Source: a virus (taxonomy: Duplodnaviria > Heunggongvirae > Uroviricota > Caudoviricetes). From it: DNA of 64,000 nt. The translations under genes and the position numbers were made by a program. Shown piece by piece: positions 27,808-36,702 of the stretch (the stretch's first letter is position 1; the number at the start of each line of letters is the position of its first letter). Under the pieces are notes generated by a model. That model saw nothing but the letters and a program-made list of their open reading frames with translations. It was not told where the DNA came from and searched no databases. The stretch is taken from the IMG/VR virus record IMGVR_UViG_3300033066_001908; one strand, given 5' to 3'.

Positions 27808-28197
27808 TTACGAGTGAACGACATGCGTCTGTCTTTTACTCGGGTCCGCGCCTTCGACTTGATCGAAGGCGGCCTCGAAAGCTGTCTCTGTGAACACGTG
27901 CAGGCTACCATCGTGCAGTTCGACAATCCAGTCACCCGGACAGACGACTTGAACACCCTGCGGACCTTTCAACAAACCCAACACGGCCCAGTCCCAGTAT
28001 GGCTCCTGTTTGGAACAACCGGACGTGCCAAGCAACTCCGCGATCTCACCGTAACTGGTACGTTGAACCGCTGAGTGATCGTGGCAAGCTGCTGTCAGTT
28101 TAGGTCGGACACACGGCTTTCCTGGTGCCGTGTTATCCATGCGCGGAACATTCCAACGCGTGGCCTTCACGTAGGAGTTCTTCAGTCGATAGATCAT
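27808..28197 (-). CDS. AP2-domain-like DNA-binding protein; possible HNH/AP2-type homing endonuclease remnant
   Basis: C-terminal GDWIVELHDGSLHVFTETAFEAAFDQ fits the AP2 pattern GkWvAeI...lGtFdTaEEAArAYD. The N-terminal part contains CHDHS. It is flanked by a 390-nt non-coding gap. Confidence 0.35.
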   Translation of the reverse strand: MIYRLKNSYVKATRWNVPRMDNTAPGKPCVRPKLTAACHDHSAVQRTSYGEIAELLGTSGCSKQEPYWDWAVLGLLKGPQGVQVVCPGDWIVELHDGSLHVFTETAFEAAFDQVEGADPSKRQTHVVHS

Positions 28198-28208
28198 GAC
28201 GACCTGTT

Positions 28209-28607
28209 CTAGCTTGTGGGTTTTTCCCGCGGGCCATAACCAAAGTCCCGCAACTTACCGCACAGCGTGCGGAGCGCAATCCCGAGAGCGCGACTCATCT
28301 CGGTGCGGTTGCCTTTGTAGCGGTTGTACGCGATCAGAATCAACTCGCGTTCCATTTTCTTCACGTCGAGATCCACCGGTTGAACCGGCACACGATCATT
28401 CCACTTCACCAACGCGGCATCCGGAGTATCACCGGACACGTGTGGGTTTACCTGGCAATTCACATTCACACAAGCAACCGCCTGCCCACCTGGCGTGTCA
28501 GCCAATTGCGGACGAATTACCGGTTGTGAACCGCACCAGGGGCACGGAAATGCTTGTGCGATAGGAAGTAATGGCAGATTTTCAGTGGTCATGTGCGCAG
28601 ATTCCAT
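28209..28607 (-). CDS. Zinc-ribbon plus Fis-type HTH DNA-binding protein
   Basis: N-terminal CPWCGS...C...C and C-terminal ILIAYNRYKGNRTEMSRALGIALRTLCGKLRDFG, a Fis-family HTH. Confidence 0.5.
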   Translation of the reverse strand: MESAHMTTENLPLLPIAQAFPCPWCGSQPVIRPQLADTPGGQAVACVNVNCQVNPHVSGDTPDAALVKWNDRVPVQPVDLDVKKMERELILIAYNRYKGNRTEMSRALGIALRTLCGKLRDFGYGPREKPTS

Positions 28608-28650
28608 TCTGGGTTGTGGGCGGTATCCTTACCATCCATACGCACGTACT

Positions 28651-28905
28651 CTAACTGCTGGTCTCCGGAGCGACAAGATTATTAGTGGCAAGGGCTTGCT
28701 GCTTCTCTCGCTCCATTTTCTCCAAGACATCTTGCACGAAAACCAGCAGACCGCCCGGCACGAACACCGGCTTGGTGTTGGCCGCCCGCACGGCAGCCTC
28801 TAACAGCGCCGGCAACCAGGTTGTCGGCGAATCCAAGATCGCCTGACGCAACGGCTCAAAACTAAGTAGCCGCTCGTCGGTCGCATTCGTATTGTCCGTC
28901 GACAT
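28651..28905 (-). CDS. Hypothetical protein (84 aa)
   Basis: ORF. Confidence 0.35.
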   Translation of the reverse strand: MSTDNTNATDERLLSFEPLRQAILDSPTTWLPALLEAAVRAANTKPVFVPGGLLVFVQDVLEKMEREKQQALATNNLVAPETSS

Positions 28906-29455
28906 ACGGTCCTCTCGCTTTCACCAGGCGACCCTTGTCTTCCTCAACCTCTTCCAAGGTGGAATACCGATAGGGTCGATTGCGTTCATTGTCGGCCACG
29001 CGGCCATGCGGCATCTCGAGTGCCCAGGGGCCTTTATAATTCTCCGCTCGCGGTGCGTTGAGTGCCGCCAACGGCATGCAGTTCACTGTGCAGGCCTCAT
29101 ACGGGATCGCGAAGTACCCGTCACCCAGGTCATGACGATGCACGATCATCTTGACCTCCGGCCTGCCGTATTTCTGCTCTTCACCCAGAAACTCAGTGAG
29201 CTTGATGATCAACTCTTGAACTTCGTCCCGATCGAGCAGCGCACAGACATGGTAGTCATTCCGATGCTCCTCCGCTGGGATGAAACTGATCTCCACACCA
29301 TCGGCGAATGGGTCACCGCGGTTGCTGTATCGGATCTCGACCTTATCGCCTTCGCGATCGCTGAATGCTAAAGGCTTCACTTTGCGATTCACTTGCACTT
29401 TCAAAATACCCCTTCGCGCGCCGATATGCTGTGATGTAACCCAGCATCCAGGCAC
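28862..29455 (-). CDS. Hypothetical protein
   Basis: ORF. Start uncertain. Confidence 0.4.
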   Translation of the reverse strand: MPGCWVTSQHIGARRGILKVQVNRKVKPLAFSDREGDKVEIRYSNRGDPFADGVEISFIPAEEHRNDYHVCALLDRDEVQELIIKLTEFLGEEQKYGRPEVKMIVHRHDLGDGYFAIPYEACTVNCMPLAALNAPRAENYKGPWALEMPHGRVADNERNRPYRYSTLEEVEEDKGRLVKARGPYVDGQYECDRRAAT

Positions 29456-29792
29456 TCGCCTCTTTATTCCGGCTCCAAGGCCAGCGCCCAGAGTCCACCA
29501 TCACGGTTCCGTCGCCAACCGAACACCAGATAGTATTCAGGTTGACGTGAAACACGAGCGCCATGTTCTCATGATCCAACTCCACCTTATGGCAGGTGGT
29601 CAGTGTCATGTGTCTGCCCGTACGGTACTTCTCCGTTTTGATCGTGATCCGTTCCGCTTCCAACGTCGCAGCCAGCTTTTGTTGCCGCTCGTAGGGCACG
29701 TGCATGAGCATTTTGTCCTGCCTTAATACCGGCCAGCAGGCCGTAAAAGAATGCCAGCACCATCCGAGCGGGCACCATGGTCGTACCCTCAC
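29343..29792 (-). CDS. Hypothetical protein
   Basis: ORF overlapping its neighbours. Start maybe MLMHVPYE. Confidence 0.3.
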   Translation of the reverse strand: MRVRPWCPLGWCWHSFTACWPVLRQDKMLMHVPYERQQKLAATLEAERITIKTEKYRTGRHMTLTTCHKVELDHENMALVFHVNLNTIWCSVGDGTVMVDSGRWPWSRNKEASAWMLGYITAYRRAKGYFESASESQSEAFSIQRSRRR

Positions 29793-30078
29793 CTTCCTCG
29801 GACTCGAAATTGATCACCTGGTACTCGATGCCACCAATCCCGACACAGACACGATATGCGTACTGGAAAGTGTGAACGCGACGAAACCAGACTCGCTTAC
29901 TCCGTGTGATCTCATACTCGTCAACAACCCAGTCTTCCTGGGTCAGCTTTCTCGCGTCAGCCAACAGGCTGTTAATCTCAGCGTGATTTGTCGGCGGTCG
30001 CTCGTCCGGCGACCGATAGGTTGTCATTGGCATATCGTCCCAGCCTCCGGTAATTGGCGGTCCCACGTTAATCTCCAA
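29587..30078 (-). CDS. Hypothetical protein
   Basis: ORF. Probable start MPMTTYRS. Confidence 0.35.
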   Translation of the reverse strand: MEINVGPPITGGWDDMPMTTYRSPDERPPTNHAEINSLLADARKLTQEDWVVDEYEITRSKRVWFRRVHTFQYAYRVCVGIGGIEYQVINFESEEGEGTTMVPARMVLAFFYGLLAGIKAGQNAHARALRAATKAGCDVGSGTDHDQNGEVPYGQTHDTDHLP

Positions 30079-30098
30079 ATGAAGAGAGCCCGGCTTCG
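30077..30098 (-). terminator. GC-rich hairpin terminator (GAGCCCGGC-TTCG-GCCGGGCTC)
   Basis: Perfect 9-bp stem. The minus strand downstream is TCTTCATTT. Same hairpin family as 20656 and 56744. Confidence 0.4.
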
Positions 30099-30119
30099 GC
30101 CGGGCTCATTTGCGATAGA

Positions 30120-30161
30120 CAACCAAAAATGGTTGTTTCCGTGTAAACAACCAAAAATGGT
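30120..30161. repeat. Two copies of the palindromic 14-mer AACCAAAAATGGTT
   Basis: AACCAAAAATGGTT at about 30120 and about 30148, each a perfect AACCA/TGGTT inverted repeat. They lie between a gene stop and the hairpin. Confidence 0.4.
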
Positions 30162-30165
30162 TATC

Positions 30166-30708
30166 TCAGCGGTTGTAGCCCTGCCCAACGTAACCGTACC
30201 CGATGTACGGGTTTGTCCAGTTGCTGGGGCCGTAGCCACTGTAATACTGGTTCCCGATGTAACTGTACCCGCCGTACCCGGCATTCGGCCAGTAGTAGCC
30301 AAAGCCGCCACCCTCGCCCAAGCCATAGCGATTCTGCAGGTAGTAGGCCTGGTTGTTTCCAAGTTGCTGCCGGGCCAACCTACCTTGAAATTTCACGAGT
30401 TCAGCTTGTCGTTTGTACTCACGCTCAGCGGCGTTTTTCCACATCAACTGTTGACGTTCAGCCTCGATTTCGTACTGACGCTGCTCTGGCGACATCCACA
30501 CGCCTGTTGGCCGACTGTTCCATTGCGTTCTGTTGAGAACCTTTGGCTCGGTAGACCGAATCGAATCCGGTTGCGCCAGATGGTTCGGAACGCCAAACTG
30601 CTGCGCCGGCGGGTTTGGAATTGGAGCCTGTTGCGCGTAAGCCAGATTACCGAAGATCACACATGCGATCACGACGATCAAAAAGCTGCTGTAATGTTTT
30701 CTGGTCAT
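30166..30708 (-). CDS. Secreted Gly/Tyr-rich protein (signal peptide)
   Basis: Start taken at MTRKHYSSFLIVVIACVIFGNLAYA|QQAP, a signal peptide. The C-terminus is YGLGEGGGFGYYWPNAGYGGYSYIGNQYYSGYGPSNWTNPYIGYGYVGQGY. Confidence 0.5.
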   Translation of the reverse strand: MTRKHYSSFLIVVIACVIFGNLAYAQQAPIPNPPAQQFGVPNHLAQPDSIRSTEPKVLNRTQWNSRPTGVWMSPEQRQYEIEAERQQLMWKNAAEREYKRQAELVKFQGRLARQQLGNNQAYYLQNRYGLGEGGGFGYYWPNAGYGGYSYIGNQYYSGYGPSNWTNPYIGYGYVGQGYNR

Positions 30709-30745
30709 GGGTCGAATTCCTTCAAGAGTCAAAGCTGGCCTCCAC

Positions 30746-31531
30746 TCACGGCGAGTGGATGGCCTCATTGTAGCAAGGCTCGCACAACTGCGGGTGCGTC
30801 GGCCCCGAGGGCCTAGTCAAACAATTCACACAAGTAGCCCGCCATTGCTCGCTTTCATCGACACGGTGGGACCGGCCGGTCCACTCGGTCAGGAACTCCG
30901 CAAGGAATTCCTCCATGAACTTGTGCCGCGAGATGGCCATCGCGCGACCAGTATTGGTCTGCATCCTGTCCTTGAGCAAAAGCAGCTTCTCGTAGAAGTG
31001 CCCAATGCTGGACGACGTCGACACCTTGTAGGTACCGAACTTCGCTGTCATGTCCGGCTTCTCAGTCAGGTCAAACATCTTGCGATGATTGGCCCCGCCG
31101 AAAGCAAAGCATCGACCGATCCCAATGGCGCCCATCGCATCGAGGCGATCGGCGTCCATCACACACTTGCCTTCCAAACCAACCGGCTTGTCGTCCTGAC
31201 CAGGCCCTTTGTAAGAAATCGACTCGCAGATGTCTGAAATGAAGTCGATGTCCTTCCGGGACAGGCTGTTCGTCAGGTAGTGCCCATTCATGGCCAACCA
31301 CCCGGTGACCATCAGAGGTCCGTCCGTGTGGTTCTTGTGGAACTTGTAATCCCCGATGTCATGCAGCAACGCTGCCAGTTCCACAATGTCCAACCTGGCT
31401 CCTTCCGCTTCGGCGATCTGCAACGCGTTCCTGCGTACCCGATCGGTGTGATCCCAATCGTGTGCGCTGTCCTTGTCCGCGAAAAACTTCTTCGCGAACT
31501 CTTCCAACTTCGGTACCAACCAGTGTGCCAT
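30746..31531 (-). CDS. HD-domain phosphohydrolase with C-terminal zinc ribbon
   Basis: HDWDHTDRV...LLHDIGD...DADRLDAMGAIG matches the HD superfamily H..HD...D pattern. C-terminal CVNC...CEPC. Confidence 0.65.
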   Translation of the reverse strand: MAHWLVPKLEEFAKKFFADKDSAHDWDHTDRVRRNALQIAEAEGARLDIVELAALLHDIGDYKFHKNHTDGPLMVTGWLAMNGHYLTNSLSRKDIDFISDICESISYKGPGQDDKPVGLEGKCVMDADRLDAMGAIGIGRCFAFGGANHRKMFDLTEKPDMTAKFGTYKVSTSSSIGHFYEKLLLLKDRMQTNTGRAMAISRHKFMEEFLAEFLTEWTGRSHRVDESEQWRATCVNCLTRPSGPTHPQLCEPCYNEAIHSP

Positions 31532-31582
31532 GTGATGTCCTCATAAGAGCTAACAGCTAACCCACATGTATACTTGACGCAT

Positions 31583-32341
31583 TTACGTCGTTGCTTTAGG
31601 CAAGCTGGCTCGCCAGGCTTCGAAGATCGCGAGATTGGCTTCCATAAACGGCCGGAAGGCTGCCATCGCGGCCTTGGCTTCTTCAGCCGTAATCGTGAAC
31701 TTGCAATCGGGACAACACCAGCCTTCGTAGACAGCAGTGTCATAAACCGTGTCGGATGGATTCAATGCACCACACTTCGGACAGTTGCCATCATGCAGCG
31801 CCCGCACAACCCGATGCAACGCACGCGCCGTATCCGGAGCCAGCGACACGTCACTGTTAAGTGGCACAGGACCAATACCCAGCTCAGAAAAAATCTTCCC
31901 GTCTTCCTCGTCCATGATTTCCTGAATTGGATGCACGTGAGGTTTATGCGGAATCGCCGTGGACTCCAACAACTGCCGATACTTCTCGCCTGTTTCGGCC
32001 CTGAGCCACGGCATCAGTTGTGCGATCTTGTGTGACAGGCAAGTTGTGTTGACGCAGTCCGAAACATACTCGCGCCCACCTTCAGTTCGCACGATCGATC
32101 GCGCGGTACCACACAACAGACATGTCCCGGCCGGCGCCTGGTCAAACTTCGTTGCCAACGCCGAAAGCAACGTCCGATGTGCATCAAACTGCTCGCGAAG
32201 GGTGTCGTAATCCGGACAACGCATGTACTTGTTACACGCTCCATCGCCGTTGGCCCCCACATACCGCACCGGTTTCCCACAACCACAAACGTTGCCGGTC
32301 TGCGTAATGGCTGGCCCCGGTGCCTGAACTGCTTGATTCAT
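31583..32341 (-). CDS. Cys-rich hypothetical protein (252 aa)
   Basis: ORF with many CxxC pairs (CGCGK, CLLCG, CPKCG, CPDCK). Confidence 0.45.
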   Translation of the reverse strand: MNQAVQAPGPAITQTGNVCGCGKPVRYVGANGDGACNKYMRCPDYDTLREQFDAHRTLLSALATKFDQAPAGTCLLCGTARSIVRTEGGREYVSDCVNTTCLSHKIAQLMPWLRAETGEKYRQLLESTAIPHKPHVHPIQEIMDEEDGKIFSELGIGPVPLNSDVSLAPDTARALHRVVRALHDGNCPKCGALNPSDTVYDTAVYEGWCCPDCKFTITAEEAKAAMAAFRPFMEANLAIFEAWRASLPKATT

Positions 32342-32367
32342 TGATTTTCTCCGTTAAACTCGAACAC

Positions 32368-33579
32368 ATGAACACAATCCTGCAAGCCTACGCACGCTAC
32401 TGCAACTTTCAACGTCCACCGGTCAACCCGATACGGGCCGTACAGGCTGAACGTTGGCTGGCCGGTGCGCTGCTGTTCGAGTTTCCGAACAGCATGGAGC
32501 AGTATACGAAACTGACACAGGACATGCTGAAGATCCGTGCCGAGGTCATTGGTAGCATAGACCCTGAGGGATTTCAACAATTCCGCACTTCAGGCACGAT
32601 GTCAGGGACACCGCGCACGTACCGCTTCGGCCCGAACGCGCAGCGTTGGATTGGTACAGTCTGGCAGCACTTCACCCGCGTGTTCAACCCGCGCACGATC
32701 GTTCGTCTGCGATTGAATGGCCTCAATGACAATGAGCTGACCTGTGAACGAAATAACGAAGGTCTGTACCAGTACGAAGCCCGCTGCGGAGTCTTGAACA
32801 AACAACGCACGGAAGCCTTAGTGATCATGCTGAGCGAAATGCTGATCGCACATCCACAGTTGACCTTGTACACGACACCAGACGCTTACCTGTACTTGAA
32901 TCAACATCTCGGCTTCAAATACTTCGCACTGCTGAACAAGGACAAAGTCAACTACCTGTCCGGACTGTGGGAGCCGTTCTTCAAACGTGACGAGCTTCGG
33001 GCAAACGGCGTTTGGTTTGGCAACATCATGATCGACTGGACAACAGGTGTGAACTTTTTCACCTGCTCTGCCAGCAAACAACACACACTTCCGATCTTCG
33101 CGTTGACCGACCAGGGGCCAACCAACCTGTTGAACCTGGCGCCAGATCAACCACAAAATGCCAGCGACAGGGAAACCTTCACCGCATTAAATGTCGTGAA
33201 GTGCGCATGCGGACAGTACCGCCTGGCCTTCAAGCATCTACCACATCCAGAAAGCGCGATGCGTCAGTTGGACGGCACGCCCGTCTACGATCCAGGCCTT
33301 GTGGAAAAACTTCGAGGACACTACCGGCACATGCAGTTCCGGCAATCCGGAAACGTAGTCACCATCGGGCATCTGACCGAAGATGGCTCGTTTCCGGACA
33401 AGGACATGCTGACCGATTACTTTCAAACACGCGGCTTCGAAGTCAACTACGAGATCTCCACCGCACCGTTTGTCTGCGGCAAGCGACCCGTCTTTCTCAA
33501 GACGACAGCTTCCGTTGAATCAGCTCCAGGTACCTTGGTGTTGCCGGACCAGTCAACAAGTCCCGTGGTTGTCCGATAG
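32368..33579 (+). CDS. Putative adenylate-forming enzyme-like protein (ANL/PaaK/GH3-like)
   Basis: Start taken at MNTILQAYAR. FRTSGTMSGTPRTY loosely resembles the (S/T)SGTTGxPK AMP-binding motif. Weak call. Confidence 0.3.
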   Translation: MNTILQAYARYCNFQRPPVNPIRAVQAERWLAGALLFEFPNSMEQYTKLTQDMLKIRAEVIGSIDPEGFQQFRTSGTMSGTPRTYRFGPNAQRWIGTVWQHFTRVFNPRTIVRLRLNGLNDNELTCERNNEGLYQYEARCGVLNKQRTEALVIMLSEMLIAHPQLTLYTTPDAYLYLNQHLGFKYFALLNKDKVNYLSGLWEPFFKRDELRANGVWFGNIMIDWTTGVNFFTCSASKQHTLPIFALTDQGPTNLLNLAPDQPQNASDRETFTALNVVKCACGQYRLAFKHLPHPESAMRQLDGTPVYDPGLVEKLRGHYRHMQFRQSGNVVTIGHLTEDGSFPDKDMLTDYFQTRGFEVNYEISTAPFVCGKRPVFLKTTASVESAPGTLVLPDQSTSPVVVR

Positions 33580-34507
33580 GCGCTGTTGAGAAGCCTCGCG
33601 ACAGAATGTCCAACTCCTTGTACAACGCGCGCGCCGAAGCCACATGGGTAATTGCCCGCCGTAGATCTGTATTCGGCTCAGCGATTGGTGTGATGTACTC
33701 AGAAAAACTAATTGCCGGCACACCTACCACAGCGGCCTCGTATAGGGCTAATGAATCACAACCAATCACGACAGAGCAGGTTGCCAGATCGTGGCCGATC
33801 TGCGCTGTACCCGATCGGACGTGTGCCCGGCGGCCTGCATCTGGCCTTGCGGCGATCTCCCGCAACCATGTCTCGATGTTAGATCGCAAGTCACGCGGAT
33901 GTTTGCGAATGGCCAGATGGGCACCCAAGTTTGTCTCCATGTATTTGAACAGCAGGTGCGCTACGCCGTAGGTCTGCTCAGTTGCCTGATCGGCCAGCAG
34001 CATCACGAACTCACCAGAGCCCTTGTACTTCCACCCGTCCATCCAGTCGAAGCAAGGCGAGCCGAGAATGTAAATGCGGTTGGCGTTCACTCCGAGTGTC
34101 TGCAGGACGTGCTCACCACGTGAAGAAGCCACGATGTAATCTTCCTCTGGCTCGTTTATCAGAAAACCTAACGTGGCCGGTTCCTTGAACTCGGTCATGA
34201 CCGGAATGTAGTTTAACCGCGGAATGTTGGACGCTTTGAAGGCCTGCAGGGTTGCCCTGGCATTTGGCCCGTCGACCGCGATCAAACCAAAATCAGGATG
34301 GAATTGTTCCAAGATCTGCAGCACACCACGTAACCAACCAGAGCCCGGCAGGATGTAATAAGTTCGGACCATGTCAGGATACGGTCGCGCGCAACCTTCG
34401 GGTACGAGTAGTCGAACGTCATGCCCGGCCCTCGACAATTGCTCGTAAAGCGGCAAAAATGTTTGCATCTCGCCGGGATAGAACCCGGTCATCAGGATTT
34501 TCGACAT
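33497..34507 (-). CDS. Putative GT-B fold glycosyltransferase-like protein
   Basis: N-terminal KILMTGFYPGEMQTFLPLYEQLSRAGHDVRLL and C-terminal DLATCSVVIGCDSLALYEAAVVGVPAISF resemble the GT-B N- and C-domain signatures (MurG/UDP-glycosyltransferase-like). Confidence 0.4.
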   Translation of the reverse strand: MSKILMTGFYPGEMQTFLPLYEQLSRAGHDVRLLVPEGCARPYPDMVRTYYILPGSGWLRGVLQILEQFHPDFGLIAVDGPNARATLQAFKASNIPRLNYIPVMTEFKEPATLGFLINEPEEDYIVASSRGEHVLQTLGVNANRIYILGSPCFDWMDGWKYKGSGEFVMLLADQATEQTYGVAHLLFKYMETNLGAHLAIRKHPRDLRSNIETWLREIAARPDAGRRAHVRSGTAQIGHDLATCSVVIGCDSLALYEAAVVGVPAISFSEYITPIAEPNTDLRRAITHVASARALYKELDILSRGFSTAPIGQPRDLLTGPATPRYLELIQRKLSS

Positions 34508-34528
34508 TCAAGACTCCAAGGGACTGAC

Positions 34529-35308
34529 ATGATTCCACACATCGCGCACTTCATTTGGTTGTACGAGGATCCGCCGGACTGGGTGAATCAAAACATTGCT
34601 CAGTTTAGGAAGCATCACCCGCACTGGACAACGGTCCTGTGGCGTAACACCCCGGCTGACTTTCCAGGCGACCTGCAAAACTTAATGCGCGAGTTGCCTT
34701 TCTTGTCCAGCAAGTCAGATATCCTGCGATACTGGCTTTTGGAAAAGTACGGCGGCATCTACTTCGACTGTGACAACTTTGTGCTCAAGAGCTTTGAACC
34801 GTTGTGCGAACACGCATTCTTCACGGCACCATACTACGAACGGTTCATTGCCTGCGGATTGATGGGCAGCGAACCACACTCGTATCCGGCACAAAAGATC
34901 GTCGCAATGTGCCGGTTGTTGGCTGGTGAAAATCCTGTCCAACGTGACAGGAAGACTTTCGGTCCCGACCTGCTGACCCCATTGTGTTACGGGCTGCGGG
35001 ATTGCACGCTGTTGCCGCAGCATTACTTCTACACGTTGCCAACCCGGCCCGACGCACAGACTTTCTGGCTTTCCAATCAGGCCGGCCGCGATATCATCAT
35101 GGACCGAATTAAAGACCGGTTTGTGGATGGTGTCACGCCGTACTCAGTTCACCTGTGGGGCGTCAACGAATCCAGCACACGTCGCGAAGAAAGCCTGCCC
35201 GATGATGCGCGTGATTGTATCGTTCAAAGATGCTTCCCCCTGGTTAGCACGATGTCTGGACAGCTTATTGACTCAGACGTACCAGTCCTGGACATGCCAC
35301 GTCGCTGA
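34529..35308 (+). CDS. GT32-family glycosyltransferase (Gly_transf_sug, DXD motif region)
   Basis: MIPHIAHFIW...SDILRYWLLEKYGGIYFDCD is the hallmark of the PF04488 sugar-binding region. There is an AAGGGA SD. The 3' end overlaps the next GT2 gene by 107 nt. Confidence 0.65.
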   Translation: MIPHIAHFIWLYEDPPDWVNQNIAQFRKHHPHWTTVLWRNTPADFPGDLQNLMRELPFLSSKSDILRYWLLEKYGGIYFDCDNFVLKSFEPLCEHAFFTAPYYERFIACGLMGSEPHSYPAQKIVAMCRLLAGENPVQRDRKTFGPDLLTPLCYGLRDCTLLPQHYFYTLPTRPDAQTFWLSNQAGRDIIMDRIKDRFVDGVTPYSVHLWGVNESSTRREESLPDDARDCIVQRCFPLVSTMSGQLIDSDVPVLDMPRR

Positions 35309-35924
35309 CGACTGCTCGACGGACAACTCGCTTGACATAATCTATGACACGATTAAACGTGATCGTCGATTTTATGTCAGTCAGAACTCGATGCGGCTCT
35401 TCCAGTTAGGGACGTACCAACGCCTTTTGACTGACACAACATGGCATAAGAATGACATTGTTGTGTCAGTCGACGGCGACGACTGGTTGCCGGATCCTGG
35501 CGTCCTGCAGCGTGTGGCTGACGCCTACGCCGATGGAAAGACCTGGATCACGTACGGAAGCCACAAACGCTCCAACGGCCGCAAACTCATCACAGAGCCC
35601 CTGGAAGACGCCACAAAGATCCGCCAGGAAGCCTGGAAGACTTCCCACCTGCGAACCTGGAAGGTCGGCCTGTGGCGTCGGATCCGCCCAGAATCGCTCC
35701 TGGGACCAGATGGTCAGACGTTCCGGTGTGCCGGCGACGTCGCCTGGATGTTCCCCATGATCGAAATGGCAGGGAACGAGCACTCGAAGCACCTGCCTGA
35801 GTGCAATTACGTGTACAACGTCGACAATCCCACCAGGTGCGGCAACACACGGCGGGAAGAACAGTTCGCCAACGCGCGATGGCTCCGTAAGCAGGAGCCA
35901 TACGCGCAGTTGGAAAAGCTCTAA
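35202..35924 (+). CDS. GT2-family glycosyltransferase
   Basis: MMRVIVSFKDASPWLARCLDSLLTQTYQSWTCHVADDCSTDNS and VSVDGDDWL (DxD) form a classic GT2 N-terminal signature. Confidence 0.65.
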   Translation: MMRVIVSFKDASPWLARCLDSLLTQTYQSWTCHVADDCSTDNSLDIIYDTIKRDRRFYVSQNSMRLFQLGTYQRLLTDTTWHKNDIVVSVDGDDWLPDPGVLQRVADAYADGKTWITYGSHKRSNGRKLITEPLEDATKIRQEAWKTSHLRTWKVGLWRRIRPESLLGPDGQTFRCAGDVAWMFPMIEMAGNEHSKHLPECNYVYNVDNPTRCGNTRREEQFANARWLRKQEPYAQLEKL

Positions 35925-36072
35925 TCGTGCGGTGGAATCAACTCCACTGTCTCGCCCGTCCACAGTGAATAAATCACCATGTAGGCAAGATACCCCAGCG
36001 GAATCGCATACACGGCACAGATCGCAACAGCAACCTGGCAACCAAAACCCGGGTATGGGTACTCTTTCTCGC

Positions 36073-36702
36073 TCATCGATAGTTGACTTTCATGTCCAGG
36101 AGCTTCGGCAGATGGAGGTTATTCGCCTTGACCTTGTCCGGAGCGAACTTCATCTGCCCGTCGCCAAACCGTTTATCGTACTTGTCCGTTTTGGACATCG
36201 GATCGCAGCCGATCATAACCAGCTTCTTAGCGCCCATCAGGTACGCCAGATGGATCGCAGTGGTTGCCGACCCGAAACCGGCTAACGATCGATTGAAAGC
36301 GCGGCACACAGATGGATCACGAAGCCAACTGTGGTTATTGAAGAAGTCCTCCGAAAGCACTTCATCGTCTGCCTGACAGTCGCACTCCATGTACGAACCG
36401 TATGGTTCAAACCTGGAGTGCATGTGTCCGTGGTAATCCGCACCTTCCTCAAACCGCATGGTTCTAATGAACACGGTCAACAAATCCGGCATGTCGAGGA
36501 ACTGACTGATGTGGTGCGTCACGAAGTATCGCTGCGTTGAGAGCATCGCGTACTTGGACACTTTCCAGGCCTGGTTGATAAAGAAAATTGGGCCGAAAAC
36601 CGAGCCCAACTGCAGGTAGTCAAACTTGGTTGGACCGCTGCCAACGATTACCGCTTCGTCAACATCAGTCGGGAGATCACGAAGATAATGTGTCCTGGGC
36701 AT
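36073..36702 (-). CDS. DUF115/MptE-like (Maf-like) putative glycosyl/nonulosonate transferase
   Basis: AVIVGSGPTKFDY and GSATTAIHLAYLMGAKKLVMIGCD match the DUF115 GSGPSL and C-terminal G.D signature. The ATG overlaps the upstream stop as TAATG. Confidence 0.4.
   Translation of the reverse strand: MPRTHYLRDLPTDVDEAVIVGSGPTKFDYLQLGSVFGPIFFINQAWKVSKYAMLSTQRYFVTHHISQFLDMPDLLTVFIRTMRFEEGADYHGHMHSRFEPYGSYMECDCQADDEVLSEDFFNNHSWLRDPSVCRAFNRSLAGFGSATTAIHLAYLMGAKKLVMIGCDPMSKTDKYDKRFGDGQMKFAPDKVKANNLHLPKLLDMKVNYR

Noticed and set aside
29704-30816. 370-aa plus-strand ORF
   Set aside because: It is antisense to the secreted Gly/Tyr-rich protein and HD hydrolase genes, and has an Arg/Pro-rich shadow composition.
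35466-36041. 191-aa minus-strand ORF
   Set aside because: It is antisense to the GT2 gene, which has a classic DDCSTDNS/DGDD signature.
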